This document shows, piece after piece, positions 1 through 16,099 of a stretch of 64,000 nucleotides of DNA (positions are counted from its first letter, which is position 1; each line of letters begins with the position of its first letter). The stretch is from the NCBI RefSeq assembly GCF_009914755.1, contig NC_060928.1. One strand, given 5' to 3'. The translations under genes were made by a program, and so were the position numbers. Below the pieces are notes generated by a model that was not told the DNA's origin, made no database searches, and saw nothing but the letters and a program-made list of their open reading frames with translations. The stretch is from the human T2T-CHM13v2.0 reference genome, Homo sapiens.

Positions 1-39
1 TCTGAGGTTTTTCTTTTAACACACTCAATCCATTGTGTG

Positions 40-700
40 TAAGAGACAAGCCAGGCACCCACCAATCCATTTTCCTCTTCCTCCTGGACACACAACTAGA
101 CTACATTTCCCAGACTTCCCTGCAGTTAGCTTTAGCCCTGTGCCTAAGTTCTGGTAAGGGGATGTGAGTCAGAAGCCATGTTCACCAACTCCACGCTTGG
201 CCAGGTGCCTCTCATGCAATCCACCATGACTTTTCTCTCTTTTCTCATCTACTAGCTAAATGCTGAGAATCCAGCAGAGGACTTCGAGGCTTAAGAGTAT
301 AGTGGAGGCCAGGTGCGGTGGCTCACACCTGTTCATCCCAGCACTTAGGGAGGCTGAGGCAGGCAGATCACCTGAGGTCAGGAGTTTAAAACCAGCCTGG
401 CCAACATGGTGAAAACCTGTCTCTACTAAAAATACAGAAATTTAGCCAACCATATTGGTGGGTCCCTGTAATCCCAGCTACTCAGGAGGCTGAGGTGGGA
501 GAATCGCCTGAACCCGGGAGGCAGAGGTTGCAGTGAGCCGAGATTGCTCCCAATCCGGCCTGGGCAACAAGAGCAAAACTCTGTCTCAAAAAAGTGGAGC
601 TGCTAGGTAAAGGAGAAGACCCTCTGCCATGTTGGGCTGCAAGGTGAACAAGAGATAACTACTGGGCCAAGCCACTGAGATATGGGGCTAACACACACTG
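40..700 (+). mobile_element. Old ERVL/MaLR-type LTR fragment (LTR16/LTR33/MLT1-like), interrupted by an Alu
   Basis: ctagactacatttcccagacttccctgcagttag...aagttctgg is a typical motif of this LTR class; boundaries approximate. Confidence 0.5.
307..593 (+). mobile_element. Alu (AluS)
   Basis: Full dimer ggccaggtgcggtggctc...ctgtctcaaaaaa; short direct repeat agtggag on both sides. Confidence 0.97.
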
Positions 701-1104
701 AGGAGTGATCTCTTAGATTGCAAGTACAAGACACATCCAAAGCAAATTGATAGGCTATGTACGCCAGGGCAGAACTCTGTTACCATTGATGGTACAAGAT
801 TGCTTCACCTCTTATATTTATTCAGGGACAAATTTAAGTTGTTCTTTCAAAGATTTCATTATTAGACCCTTTAACATGTTGGATTTGAAAAGTAAAAGAG
901 TCTTTATGATGTTTAGAATAAACTATTATAATCAAACATGTCATCATATTATGAATAACAGTTACATATAGTAAACACAGTTATAGTGTTGTTAAAGTCC
1001 AAAGAAAACATTTTATCTAACATCATGTAAGACAAAAGCACTAAATTTTATTTTACATCATCTTCTCTCAAACCTCTACACTTTTCTCCTATGGGAATTT
1101 TCTG

Positions 1105-1275
1105 ACTATCCATGACTTCAGTTACAATCTATGTGTTGGTGACACTCAGATCTACATCTGCAGTCCAGATATGTATCTCTAACCCAGATTTTTCTCAAGA
1201 TTTGAACCATGTATCCAGTTGCTTCCTGGGAATTTTCACTTGGGTGCCCAACATAACAGGAATCCAAATGCATAA
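1105..1275 (+). mobile_element. L2 fragment
   Basis: ccatgacttcagttacaatctatg...tatccagttgcttcctgggaattttcacttgg resembles the L2 3' region. Confidence 0.55.
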
Positions 1276-1321
1276 GTCATTGAGCTACAAAGGACTAGTA
1301 GAAATTACCTTTATTGGATAC

Positions 1322-2187
1322 TGTAGGTTATCTCCTTAGTATTAATTTCCCTTCACTTTTCCATTTTCTTCCTTCCAAAGAGAACACAGATTTGGTTCAT
1401 GTATGTATGCCTCTCCACCCAACAATGTCCCTAGGGGAAGCTGACCCCACTCTCAACTCCAGGGGTGATCTGTTTAGGCTGATCTGTTCAGGACTGAACC
1501 AAATGTGCCAATGACAGTTGTAGAGGTGTCTGCTGGAAGGGCTCTGGGAAAACTTTCCTTACTCCTTAGAAAGAACTACAAGAAAAAGACAGGAAAGAGG
1601 GGCAGGTGAAAGTGGGGAGGGGAAGCAACAAGGAAAAACAGGCATAGAGTACAGCCTAGAGATTCAGTGCACGTGTTCTTATGCTAGATTGCCTGGGTTT
1701 GAATCTACCACTTACAAATTATGTACCTTCAGTAAATTACTTAGTCTTTCAATGCCTCAGCTTTTTTCATTTGTAAAATGAGTTTTGAGGGAGAAAACAA
1801 ATGAGTTAATGTATGCAATGTATATAAACTCACATAGTAAGCACCATATGACTCTTGCTAATTATTATGTTGCTCTGAATGTTGTTTGCTTACAACTGCT
1901 AGCATCATCTTGCTATAAGCCTGAGGATTACATAAACTCAGGATTACATAAACTCCAAGGATGCAAGGAAATTTGAAGCAACGTTCTTAAAAAATCCACT
2001 GAAGCAAAAAAAAGACAAAAAGAAAAGAAAGAACCTAAGTCTTCAGTGATGTGGCTGTCAGGATCATTCGACCCTCTACCCTGCTATGCAGCCTGTCATA
2101 TAGGATTAGAAACTCCATTACTGTTCAAGTCTTATTGTTTGGATTAAGTTTTCTGTTACTTGCAGCCAAATGCATCAACTTGACACA
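1322..2187 (+). mobile_element. LTR16-like ERVL LTR split by a MIR
   Basis: Ends ttttctgttacttgcagccaaatgcatcaacttgacaca, an LTR16-type terminus. Confidence 0.5.
1660..1870 (+). mobile_element. MIR
   Basis: Core gcctgggtttgaatc...aaattacttagtctttcaatgcctcagc...tgtaaaatg. Confidence 0.75.
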
Positions 2188-2640
2188 TTAAAACTAGTAT
2201 AGGGCTGTCAAAACTTTCTGAAACCATGGAATCTTTTTTTAAAAATTATTAATAACATGAGTAAAAAACTGAATTTTTCCTATTAAAGAATGAAAACATT
2301 TTAGATAAGGTTAAAGTCCTTTCTGATTAACCATCTCCAGTTCTCATCCACTTCTTTCCCCATCCCCAGAGGTAACCACAGTGTACATCTTTTGTATGTG
2401 TTCTTTTATAATTTTTAATTTACTTATATAGATATCTGTATCCAAGGAAAATACATAGCATTGTTTGTATGTGTGTTAATGTAAGTGGTTTTATATTGTT
2501 GTCAAGTTGCTTCTTCAGTCAACAATGCATTTTAGAGAGGTAGTTATATTAGTATATAGATCAACTTTGTTTTTTGTAACTGTTACAAAGTATTTCGAAG
2601 TGTTAATATTCAACAGCTTATTTAGCCAACCACCAACTGA

Positions 2641-3016
<376 letters not shown>

Positions 3017-3474
3017 TAATCCAATCTGACTGTATCTGATTTTCAATGCAGTTGTGTATCTTTTTAAAATATATTTTCTCCCAATTATATGGCCTTGGTA
3101 TGAAAAGAGGAGAGATACAGCAGGCACTCAATTCAACATCTTGAAACCACGAGTTGTGTCAACCATGAAATCTTTGTATATTTACATGTTTTGAGTTGTA
3201 ATAATATGTGTGCGTATTAAAGTGGTGCTAGAATACTCCAAAGTAAATGAATTATTCATGAAGCTATCCAGATAAGAACATCAGGGTGATAGCCTTGGAG
3301 GTTATAATAAGCTTTTCACTTTTTTACAGAGATTTAATTTAAGGGTTAATAAAGCAAACTGCTAATTTCATTGACCATTAATGAAATTAAACCACTAATG
3401 AAGTAAAACTATTCATCTAATTTACTAAACTTCACTCAAGTAAACTTACTAAAGTTGAAAAAAGTTTATTAAAT

Positions 3475-4005
3475 TCAAACTGATGAGATTAGGTTATTTC
3501 TGAACTCAGGTTCTATTTTCTTGTGTACTGTCAAATAGGATTCTTATATTCATTTGTTACTAAGTATACCCAAGTATAAGAAAAGCAATGATTAACATTT
3601 GTTTATCTTTTGGTAAATTCATTTATCTAATTTACTATTTATTAGTAAGTGATGAATAGTAAATTATTCATCTAATTTACTAAACTTCATTCAAGTTTAG
3701 TAAATTACTTCAATTTAGTAAATTCAGTAAATTAATCTAATTTACTAAACTTTATTCAAGTTTAGTAAATTTACTTGAATGAAGTTTAGTAAATTAGATG
3801 AATAGTTTACTATTCATCATTTACTATTGAATAGTAAATTAGATAAATGAATTTACGAAAAGATAAATAAATGTTAATCATTGCTTTTCCTATACTTGGA
3901 TAGACTTAGTAACAAATGTACTACTAACGAATATAAGACTGCTATTTGACAATACACAAGAAAATAGAACCTAAGTTCAGAAATAACCTAATCTCATCAA
4001 TTTGA
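3475..4005. repeat. Long AT-rich inverted repeat (arms 3475-3696 and 3773-4005)
   Basis: Manual alignment of the left arm to the reverse complement of the right arm gives ~14 substitutions plus one 11-nt indel over 222 nt. Confidence 0.95.
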
Positions 4006-4519
4006 TCCATGAAAAGAATTCAGCAATTTTACAAAATTTTCAAGGCCTAGACGTAATTTGGTAAAAACCTCCAAGCACCCACAGCTGTTGTACAAAACAG
4101 TTAGGAAACTCACTCTTGGTTTTAATGATTTTCAAACTATTTTTAGCAGGGTCTCTGTGGCTCCTACAGTGACTTTGGAGCCACTTGGGAAGATAAGGAA
4201 TGGAAAAGAGAAGAAATGTGGCTTCAGCCGTGCCCTCACCTCAACCAAACAACATCACTTTTCATGAGTTCTATATAAGGTTTCACTTGAAAAACTAATT
4301 CAGCTACCAAAAAAAAAAAAAAAAGAGATGATCTGTTCCACCATTTCCATCTCCAGTAAAGCTAATCCTAAATCCTTCATAGGCACATAACATGTATCCT
4401 CTTTGAAATGGCTTCAGAAAAGGGAATTTCTTTCACATCTCAGAGATGCCCATATCTTGATTAGGAAATTCTTCAGTGTTTCCAGCCCAGTTCCTTTAAG
4501 CTCAGCTTTCTCCGGTCAT

Positions 4520-4760
4520 GCATCAATTTCATAGCAACCCTCATGTATTCGAAGATGATTATTTGGCTGCCCCTCAGCCTTCCCTGCTTCAGGCCAAATT
4601 GATCCTACTTCTTTTAATCCCTCTGTACAGATCCTACTTCCCAACATTTTTTGATCATCTCTGTGGGGTCCTTTTCTCTCTGAAACTTCTCCAAATTTCT
4701 TATATCTCTGTCCAATTACTGAAGCAAAAACCACATACCATAAAGTTGAGCACAATGGAA
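4520..4760 (-). mobile_element. L3/CR1 LINE fragment
   Basis: gaagatgattatttggctgcccctcagccttccctgcttcaggccaaa... resembles antisense CR1 RT 3' end; minus-frame peptide ...GLKEVGSI...EGCY is CR1-like. Confidence 0.65.
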
Positions 4761-4834
4761 AAGAAAAGCCATCCTTCCACATAGCTCCTTTGGGCTTTAA
4801 TTTGTTTCTTCTCCTGCCCTTCAAGATCTCTTTG

Positions 4835-5250
4835 ATGACAGTGGTGAATTCAAGATGGCAACAAACTCTTTGACACTTCTCATCAAGAGGTATGGTTAAT
4901 TTCATCTGCTCTTGAATCATGGCTGGCCTGTGACCAACACAGAATGGCAGAAGTAATACTATGCAAGGTTTGGTCTTCACCTTTAACAGGACCGGCAACT
5001 TCCACCTTGGCTTCTTAGAACACTTGCTCTGGCAGAGGCCAGCCAGCATGTAAAAAATCAGACCACCCTGAGATCTCCATGCTGTAAGAAAGCCCAAGCT
5101 AGCCATGTGGAGAGGCCACTATGAAGAGTGATGATCCACCAGCCCTCAGGTCTTCCAGCCATGTCAATCTTCAGAATCATGGGAGAATACTGAATGCTGT
5201 ATTATACCACTATGTTTTCAGGTGCTTTATTATACAAAATAACCAGAATG
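4835..5250 (+). mobile_element. MLT1 (MLT1G-like) MaLR solo LTR
   Basis: gaccaacacagaatggcagaagt...ccatgctgtaagaaagcccaagctagccatgtggagagg motifs. Confidence 0.75.
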
Positions 5251-6559
5251 ATGGGCCTTTTTGTTTTTCAGCTTTATGATTTGTTTCCTTTCCCCCTTCC
5301 AGAGATCTTCCTGGACATTGGCCTTAAGGGCCCTAAAACTAAACGGGTGCAGCCTAAGGGTTCTACCATGAATTAACCCTATCTTATCTACCCACAAAAG
5401 TGATGATTTCCCCTGCTTGCTCTCTAGTTTTTTTTTGCTTTGTGTCTTTTAAAAAATCATTTTACAAGAATATCTCAACAAATAGTTCCCATCAATGAGA
5501 ATTTCTCTTGTATATATATTCTGCTTTCCTTAAAACAGTGTTTCTAAGATGGCCAAATAGGAACAGCTCCAGTCTACAGCTCCCAGTGTGAGCGACGCAT
5601 AAGATGGGTGATTTCTGCATTTCCAACTGAGGTACCGGGTTCATCTCGTTGGAGCTTGTCAGACAGTGGGTGCAGGACAGTGGGTGCAGCACACCAAGCG
5701 TGAGCCAAAGCAGGGCGAGGCATCGCCTCACCCGGGAAGCGCAAGTGGTCAGGGAAATCCCTTTCATAGCCAAGCAAAGCTGTGACAGATGGCAGCTGGA
5801 AAATCGGGTCTCTCCCACCCTAATACTGTGATTTTCCAATGGTCTTAGCAAACAGCACACCAGGAGATTATGTCCCGTGCCTGGCTCAGAGGGTCCCACG
5901 CCCACGGAGCCTCGCTCATTGCTAGCACAGCAGTCTGAGATAGAACTGCAAGGCAGCAGCCGGGCTGGGGGAGGGGAGCCCACCATTGCTGAGGCTTGAG
6001 TAGGTAAACAAAGCAGCCAGGAAGCTCGAACTGGGTGGAGCCCACCACAGCTCAAGGAGGCCTGCCTGCCTCTGTAGACTCCACCTCTGGGGGCAGGGCA
6101 TAGCCCAACAAAAGGCAGCAGAAACCTCTGCAGACTTAAATGTCCCTGTCTGACAGCTTTGAAGAGAGTAATGGTTCTCCCAGCACAGAGTTTGAGATCT
6201 GAGAATGGACAGACTGCCCCCTCAAGTGGGTCCCTGACCCCCGAGTAGCCTATCTGGGAGGCACCCCCCACTAGGGGCAGACTGACATCTCGCACGGCCA
6301 GGTACCCCTCTGAGACGAAATCTCCAGAGGAACAATCAGACAGCAACATTTGCTGTTCAGCAATATTCGCTGTTCTGCAGCCTCCGCTGCTGATACCCAG
6401 GCAAACAGGGTCTGGAGTGGACCTCCAGCAAACTCCAACAGACCTGCTGCTGAGGGTCCTGACCGTTAGAAGGAACTAACAAACAGAAAGGACATCCACA
6501 CCAAAACCCCATCTGTACGTCACCATCATCAAAGACCAAAGGTAGGTAAAACCACAAAG

Positions 6560-7571
6560 ATGGGGAAAAAACAGAACAGAAAAACTGAAAATTCTAAAAA
6601 TCAGCACCTCTCCTCCTCCAAAGGAACACAGCTCCTCACCAGCAACGGAACAAAGCTGGACAGAGAATGACTTTGACGAGTTGAGAGAAGAGGGCTTCAG
6701 ATAATCAAACTACTCTGAGTACAGGAGAAAATTCAAACCAAAGGCAAAGAAGTTGAAAACTTTGAAAAAAATTTAGACGAATATATAACTAGAATAACCA
6801 ATACAGAGAAGTGCTTAAAGGAGCCAATGGAGCTGAAAGCCAAGGCTCAAGAACTACGTGAAGAATGCAGAAGCCTCAGGAGCCAATGCAATCAACTGGA
6901 AGAAAGGGTATCAGTGATGGAAGATGAAATGAATGAAATGAAGTGAGAAGGGAAGTTTACAGAAAAAAGAATAAAAAGAAACAAACAAAGCCTCCAAGAA
7001 ATATGGGACTATGTGAAAAGACCAAATCTGCATCTGATTGGTGTACCTGAAAGTGACGGGGAGAATGGAACCAAGTTGGAAAACACTCTGCAGGATATTA
7101 TCCAGGAGAACTTCCCCAATCTAGCAAGGCAGGCCAACATTCAGATTCAGGAAACACAGAGAACACCACAAAGATACTCCTCGAGAAGAGCAACTCCAAG
7201 ACACATAATTGTCAGATTCACCAAAGTTGAAATGAAGGAAAAAGTGTTAAGGGAAGCCAAAGAGAAAGGTCGGGTTACCCAAAAGGGAAGCCCATCAGAC
7301 TAACAGCTGATCTCTCCGCAGAAAATCTACAAGCCAGAAGAGAGTGGGGGCCAATATTCAACATTCTGAAAGAAAAGAATTTTCAAACCAGAATTTCATA
7401 TCCAGCCAAACTAAGCTTCACAAGTGAAGGAGAAATAAAATCCTTTACAGACAAGCAAATGCTGAGAGATTTTGCCACCACTAGGCCTGCCCTAAAAGAG
7501 CTCCTGAAGGAAGCACTAAACATGGGAAGGAACACCAGTACCAGCCACTGCAAAAACATGCCAAATTGTAA
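6560..7571 (+). pseudogene. L1 ORF1p remnant (frameshifts and stops)
   Basis: Starts ATGGGGAAAAAACAG; fragment KRPNLHLIGVPESDGENGTKLENTLQDIIQENFPNLARQ; ends gccaaattgTAA. Confidence 0.95.
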
Positions 7572-7634
7572 AGACCATCGAGGCTAGGAAGAAACTGCAT
7601 CAACTAACGAGCAAAATAACCAGCTAACATCATA

Positions 7635-11410
<3,776 letters not shown>

Positions 11411-12191
11411 GGAACATCACACACCGGGGCCTGTTGTGGGGTTGGGGGAGGGGGAAGGGATAGCATTAGGAGATATACCTAATGTAAATGACGAGTTAAT
11501 GGGTACAGCACAACAACATGGCACATGTATACATATGTAACAAACCCGCACGCTGTGCACATGTACCCTAGAACTTAAAGTATAATACAAAATATATATA
11601 TATATAATAAAAAAAAACAGTGGGAGAAAGGGTAAATAAACATGATACATCCACAAGATAACATATTTAAAAAAAAACCAGAAAAACAGTGTTTCTGTCT
11701 TCCAATTATAGCTTATTTCCCAAAGCTGACCAAGTTCTGTGATGTAGATGAAGTTGCAAAGTCTAGCACATTTTTTAAGTAGAGCAACATGCTTGTACTA
11801 TTCAATATTCACAAGGATTTTTAATTCTATGAAGTAGATCTATACCTTAGGGACTTCCTGGGTCATAAAGGAAATTATAGCTGGGGAATGATGTCGCCAG
11901 TTTAAAACCCAGGTGTTTTAATTAATTCACAGGTTAGAAGATAGTATCAACAACAGGAAATGTGGGCAGTTTCTTTGAACTGAGTTCATTTAAACTACAT
12001 ATTTGTAGAGAATCATTCATTTGTGCAAGGAGGTATAATCATCCTTCCAATGGTGTGACTGGGAGCCAGGGACACACAGGAGATGAGGTCATCCTTCCCC
12101 ACCAGGCAGTGGAGTTTTGTTGTTGTGCCCCAAGAATCACAAACAATAGAAAACAAATTTATGTTTCAAAGTTCCCCTCACTATACATTAC

Positions 12192-12419
12192 CTGAGAGTC
12201 CAGTTTGACAATAACATATCATAGAAATAAGAAAAAGTTCAAAAACCAAGCACTTAACCTCCCCCAGCAGTCTTAAATCAGTCTAAATCAGCAGTCTAAA
12301 ACAGACTGATTTAGGGGGTTGGTTGCTCAGATGGAGTAGTACATAAGACCCATGGGTTAATTGGTACCCTGTCGCCTCATGGAAAAGGTTGTTTGGATCT
12401 GTCTACCTGAATAAAGTAA
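12192..12419 (-). other. Candidate minus-strand exon (or 13-nt micro-exon 12407-12419)
   Basis: Acceptor tttattttctttctgcag| at 12420; donors CAG|GTAGAC (12407) or CAG|GTAATG (12192); motif evidence only. Confidence 0.25.
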
Positions 12420-12510
12420 CTGCAGAAAGAAAATAAATAAATGAGACATAGTGTTAGTATCAGCTATAGTGAGCAGCATCAAAAATATCTATTGTTAAGT
12501 AATTGTTAAA

Positions 12511-13859
12511 AAAATTGTAACTTTTATTTTAGGTTCAGGGGTACATACTTAGTTTCGTTATACAGGTAAACTCATGACTCAGGGGTTTGCTGTATAAACT
12601 AATTTATCATCTGGTTACTAAGCATAGTACCCAACAGGGTTTTTTTTGTTTTGTTGTTTGTTTTATCTAAACCTCTCCCTCCTCCCACCTCCCACCCTCA
12701 AGGAGGACCCAGTGTCTGTTATTCCCCTCTTTCTGTTCATGTGTTCTCATCATTTAGCTTCCACTTATAAGTGAGAACATGTGGTATTTGGTTTTCTGTT
12801 CCTGCATTAGTTTACTAAGGATAATGGCCTCCAGTTCCATCCAGGTTCCTGCAGAGGACATGATCTTATTCTTTTTTATGGCTGCATAGTATTCCATGGT
12901 ATATATGCACCACATTTTCTTTATTCAGTCTACTGTTGTAGGGCATTTAGGTTAATTCCATGTTTATGCTACTGTAAATAGTGCTGCAGTGAATATATGC
13001 ATGCATGTGTCTTTATGGTAGAATCATTTCTATTGTTTTGGATATATATGCAGTAGTGGGATTGCTGGGTCAAATGGTAGTTCTGGTTTTAGTTCTTTGA
13101 GGAATCACCACACTGTTTTCCACAATGGTTGAACTAATTTACACTCCCATTAGCAGTGAATAAGCATTCCCTTTTCTCTGCAACCTCACCAGCATCTGTT
13201 ATTTTTTGACTTTTTTAACAATAGCCATTCTGACTGCTGTGAGATGGTATCTCACTGCGGTTTTTATTTGCATTTCTGTAATGATTAGTGATATTGAGCA
13301 TTTTTCATACGTTTGTTGGCCGCATGTATGTCTTCTTTTGAAAAGTGTCTGTTTGTGTCCTTTGCCCATTTTTTAATGGGGTTGTTTGGTTTTTGCTTTA
13401 CGTTTAAGTTCCTTGTAGATTCTGGATATTAGACCTTCATCAGATGTATATTTTACAAATATCTTCTCCCATTCTGTAGGTTGCCTTTTTTACTCTGTTG
13501 AAAGTTACTCTTGCTGTGCAGAAGCACTTTAGTTTAATTTGTCAATTTTTTCTTTTGTTGCAATTGCTTTTGGCATTTTCATCATGAAATCTTTGCCAGT
13601 TTCTATGTCCAAAATGGTATTTCCTAGGTTATCTTCCAGGTTTTTATAGTCTTAGGTTTTACATTTAGGTCTTTAATCCATCTTGAGTTGATTTTTGTAC
13701 ACTGTGAAAGGATGAGGTCCAGCTTCAATCTTCTGCATATGGCCAGCCAGTTATCCCAGCACCATTTACTGAATAGAGAGTCCTTTCCCCATGCTTGTTT
13801 TCGTCAGTTTTGTCAAAGATCAGATTGTTGTAGGTGTGTGTCTTTATTTCTGGGCTCTC
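12511..13859 (-). mobile_element. Older L1 (L1PA15/16 or L1PB-like) 3' part, non-inverted segment
   Basis: Antisense L1 3'UTR and ORF2 end: taacttttattttaggttcaggggtaca...tttatttctgggctctc. Confidence 0.92.
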
Positions 13860-14043
13860 ACAGAATGAGAAAAAACTATTTACAAATTCATATGGAACCA
13901 AAAAAGCGCCCAAACAGCCAAGGCAATCCTAAGCAAAAAGAACCAAGCTGGGGGAATCACACTGCCCAACTTCAAACTGTACTGCAAGCTACTGTAACCA
14001 AAACAGCACGGTACTGATACAAAAACAGACATGTAGACCAATG
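13860..14043 (+). mobile_element. Inverted 5' segment of the same L1 (twin priming)
   Basis: Sense ORF2 sequence acagaatgagaaaaaact...agaccaatg, which in L1 lies immediately upstream of where the antisense part stops. Confidence 0.88.
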
Positions 14044-14074
14044 TAAGTACTTTTTAAAGCTTATCATTTGCCTT

Positions 14075-14165
14075 ATAATTTAGTTATTATACTTATATTT
14101 ATTTATTTATATATTGTATATTATTTATTATATGGTATATTAATATATACATATATTTATATTTA
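14075..14165. repeat. AT-rich low-complexity (TA/TTTA) tract
   Basis: tatatttatttatttatatattgtatattatttatta... Confidence 0.8.
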
Positions 14166-14170
14166 CAATT

Positions 14171-14478
<308 letters not shown>

Positions 14479-14654
14479 TACAATTATTTTTTAACTTACG
14501 GAAGTTTTACTTATTCAGACACATAGACCCATCTTCTTTAGGGTTTCCATCTTTGATATTGTTTAGACAGACAGTCACCAAATAAAAAGCCACCTTCCAT
14601 AAAGTGCTTGTAGCCATGGTCTCTCTTCCTGGAGAAAGTCCATCTTTAAGGTGA

Positions 14655-15140
<486 letters not shown>

Positions 15141-16099
15141 CCCAGCCCCATTATTTTTGCACCTGGTCACTTCCCACCGAAGTTACCCACCTGGCCCTTG
15201 CAGGCATGTGCATAGGAAGCCTGGCTGCACAGGACCTCCTGACCAGAGAAGAAACAGAACTCAATCAGAAAAATCCGAGGGAAGTACTCTGACCCAGCTT
15301 AGGTAGCTATGGCTAGAAGGTTGGGGTCTGTTTCCAGAAGAAAGGGGAGAGAGAGAGGAAAAGGAGTGAGGCAAAGGAGAGCTATCGTATTGCTCCTGTA
15401 ATACGATAGGATCAGTATTGCTCCTGCTGCTGGAGTCTTCAAGTATGTCATGAGTTCAGCTCTGTAAGAGAGGACCTAACTGAGTGGGCTAGCCACTATT
15501 ATTCCAGAGAGGCAGAGACAGGTATAACTACATAAGCTATTGACCAGCTAAAGAATGAATATTCTTAGGTCCAATGCCCTCCCTCAGTCTAATCCTCAGA
15601 AGTCAACAGGGCCAGGGCCTTGGAATACAGGCATGATGGCCTACACATGAGGAAGTGCTCAGAAGGGGCTGTGGGTATGGTAGGCATCCTTTGGCTTTGT
15701 CTGAGTGAGCATTATAACTGGCATGCACCTGCTTAACAGGTCCAATATGTCACTTACAAACTGCCAAGAACTATACTAATCATACTGTTTTACTTAATTG
15801 TCTTAATAGCTTTTGAGCTGAGGCTCATTGTTCTCATTTTCTAAGACACATGAGAGCAAATATATATATTAAACTATTAGGACAAGACTTTAGAATCTGG
15901 CTGGTATTGTAAGATCACAATAAGTATTGTTGTCAACTCAATTCAGTGAGACAGAGTCATCTTAACTTTCCAGCAATGCACAATATTTTAACACTCAACC
16001 AGCCCTAAACAAGGTCATGGCTAACAGCAGCACAAACACCCAGCAGATTCAGTACCAAAAGCAAAATTGTGAGATTAAGTATCAAAGAGTTCCTAAGGG

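Noticed and set aside
3400-3800. Spaced repeats as a CRISPR-like array
   Set aside because: Irregular spacing, mixed orientation, no unique spacers and a human context
4516-5106. 196-aa minus-strand ORF
   Set aside because: It runs across an MLT1 LTR and a CR1 remnant; a chance open frame with no gene structure
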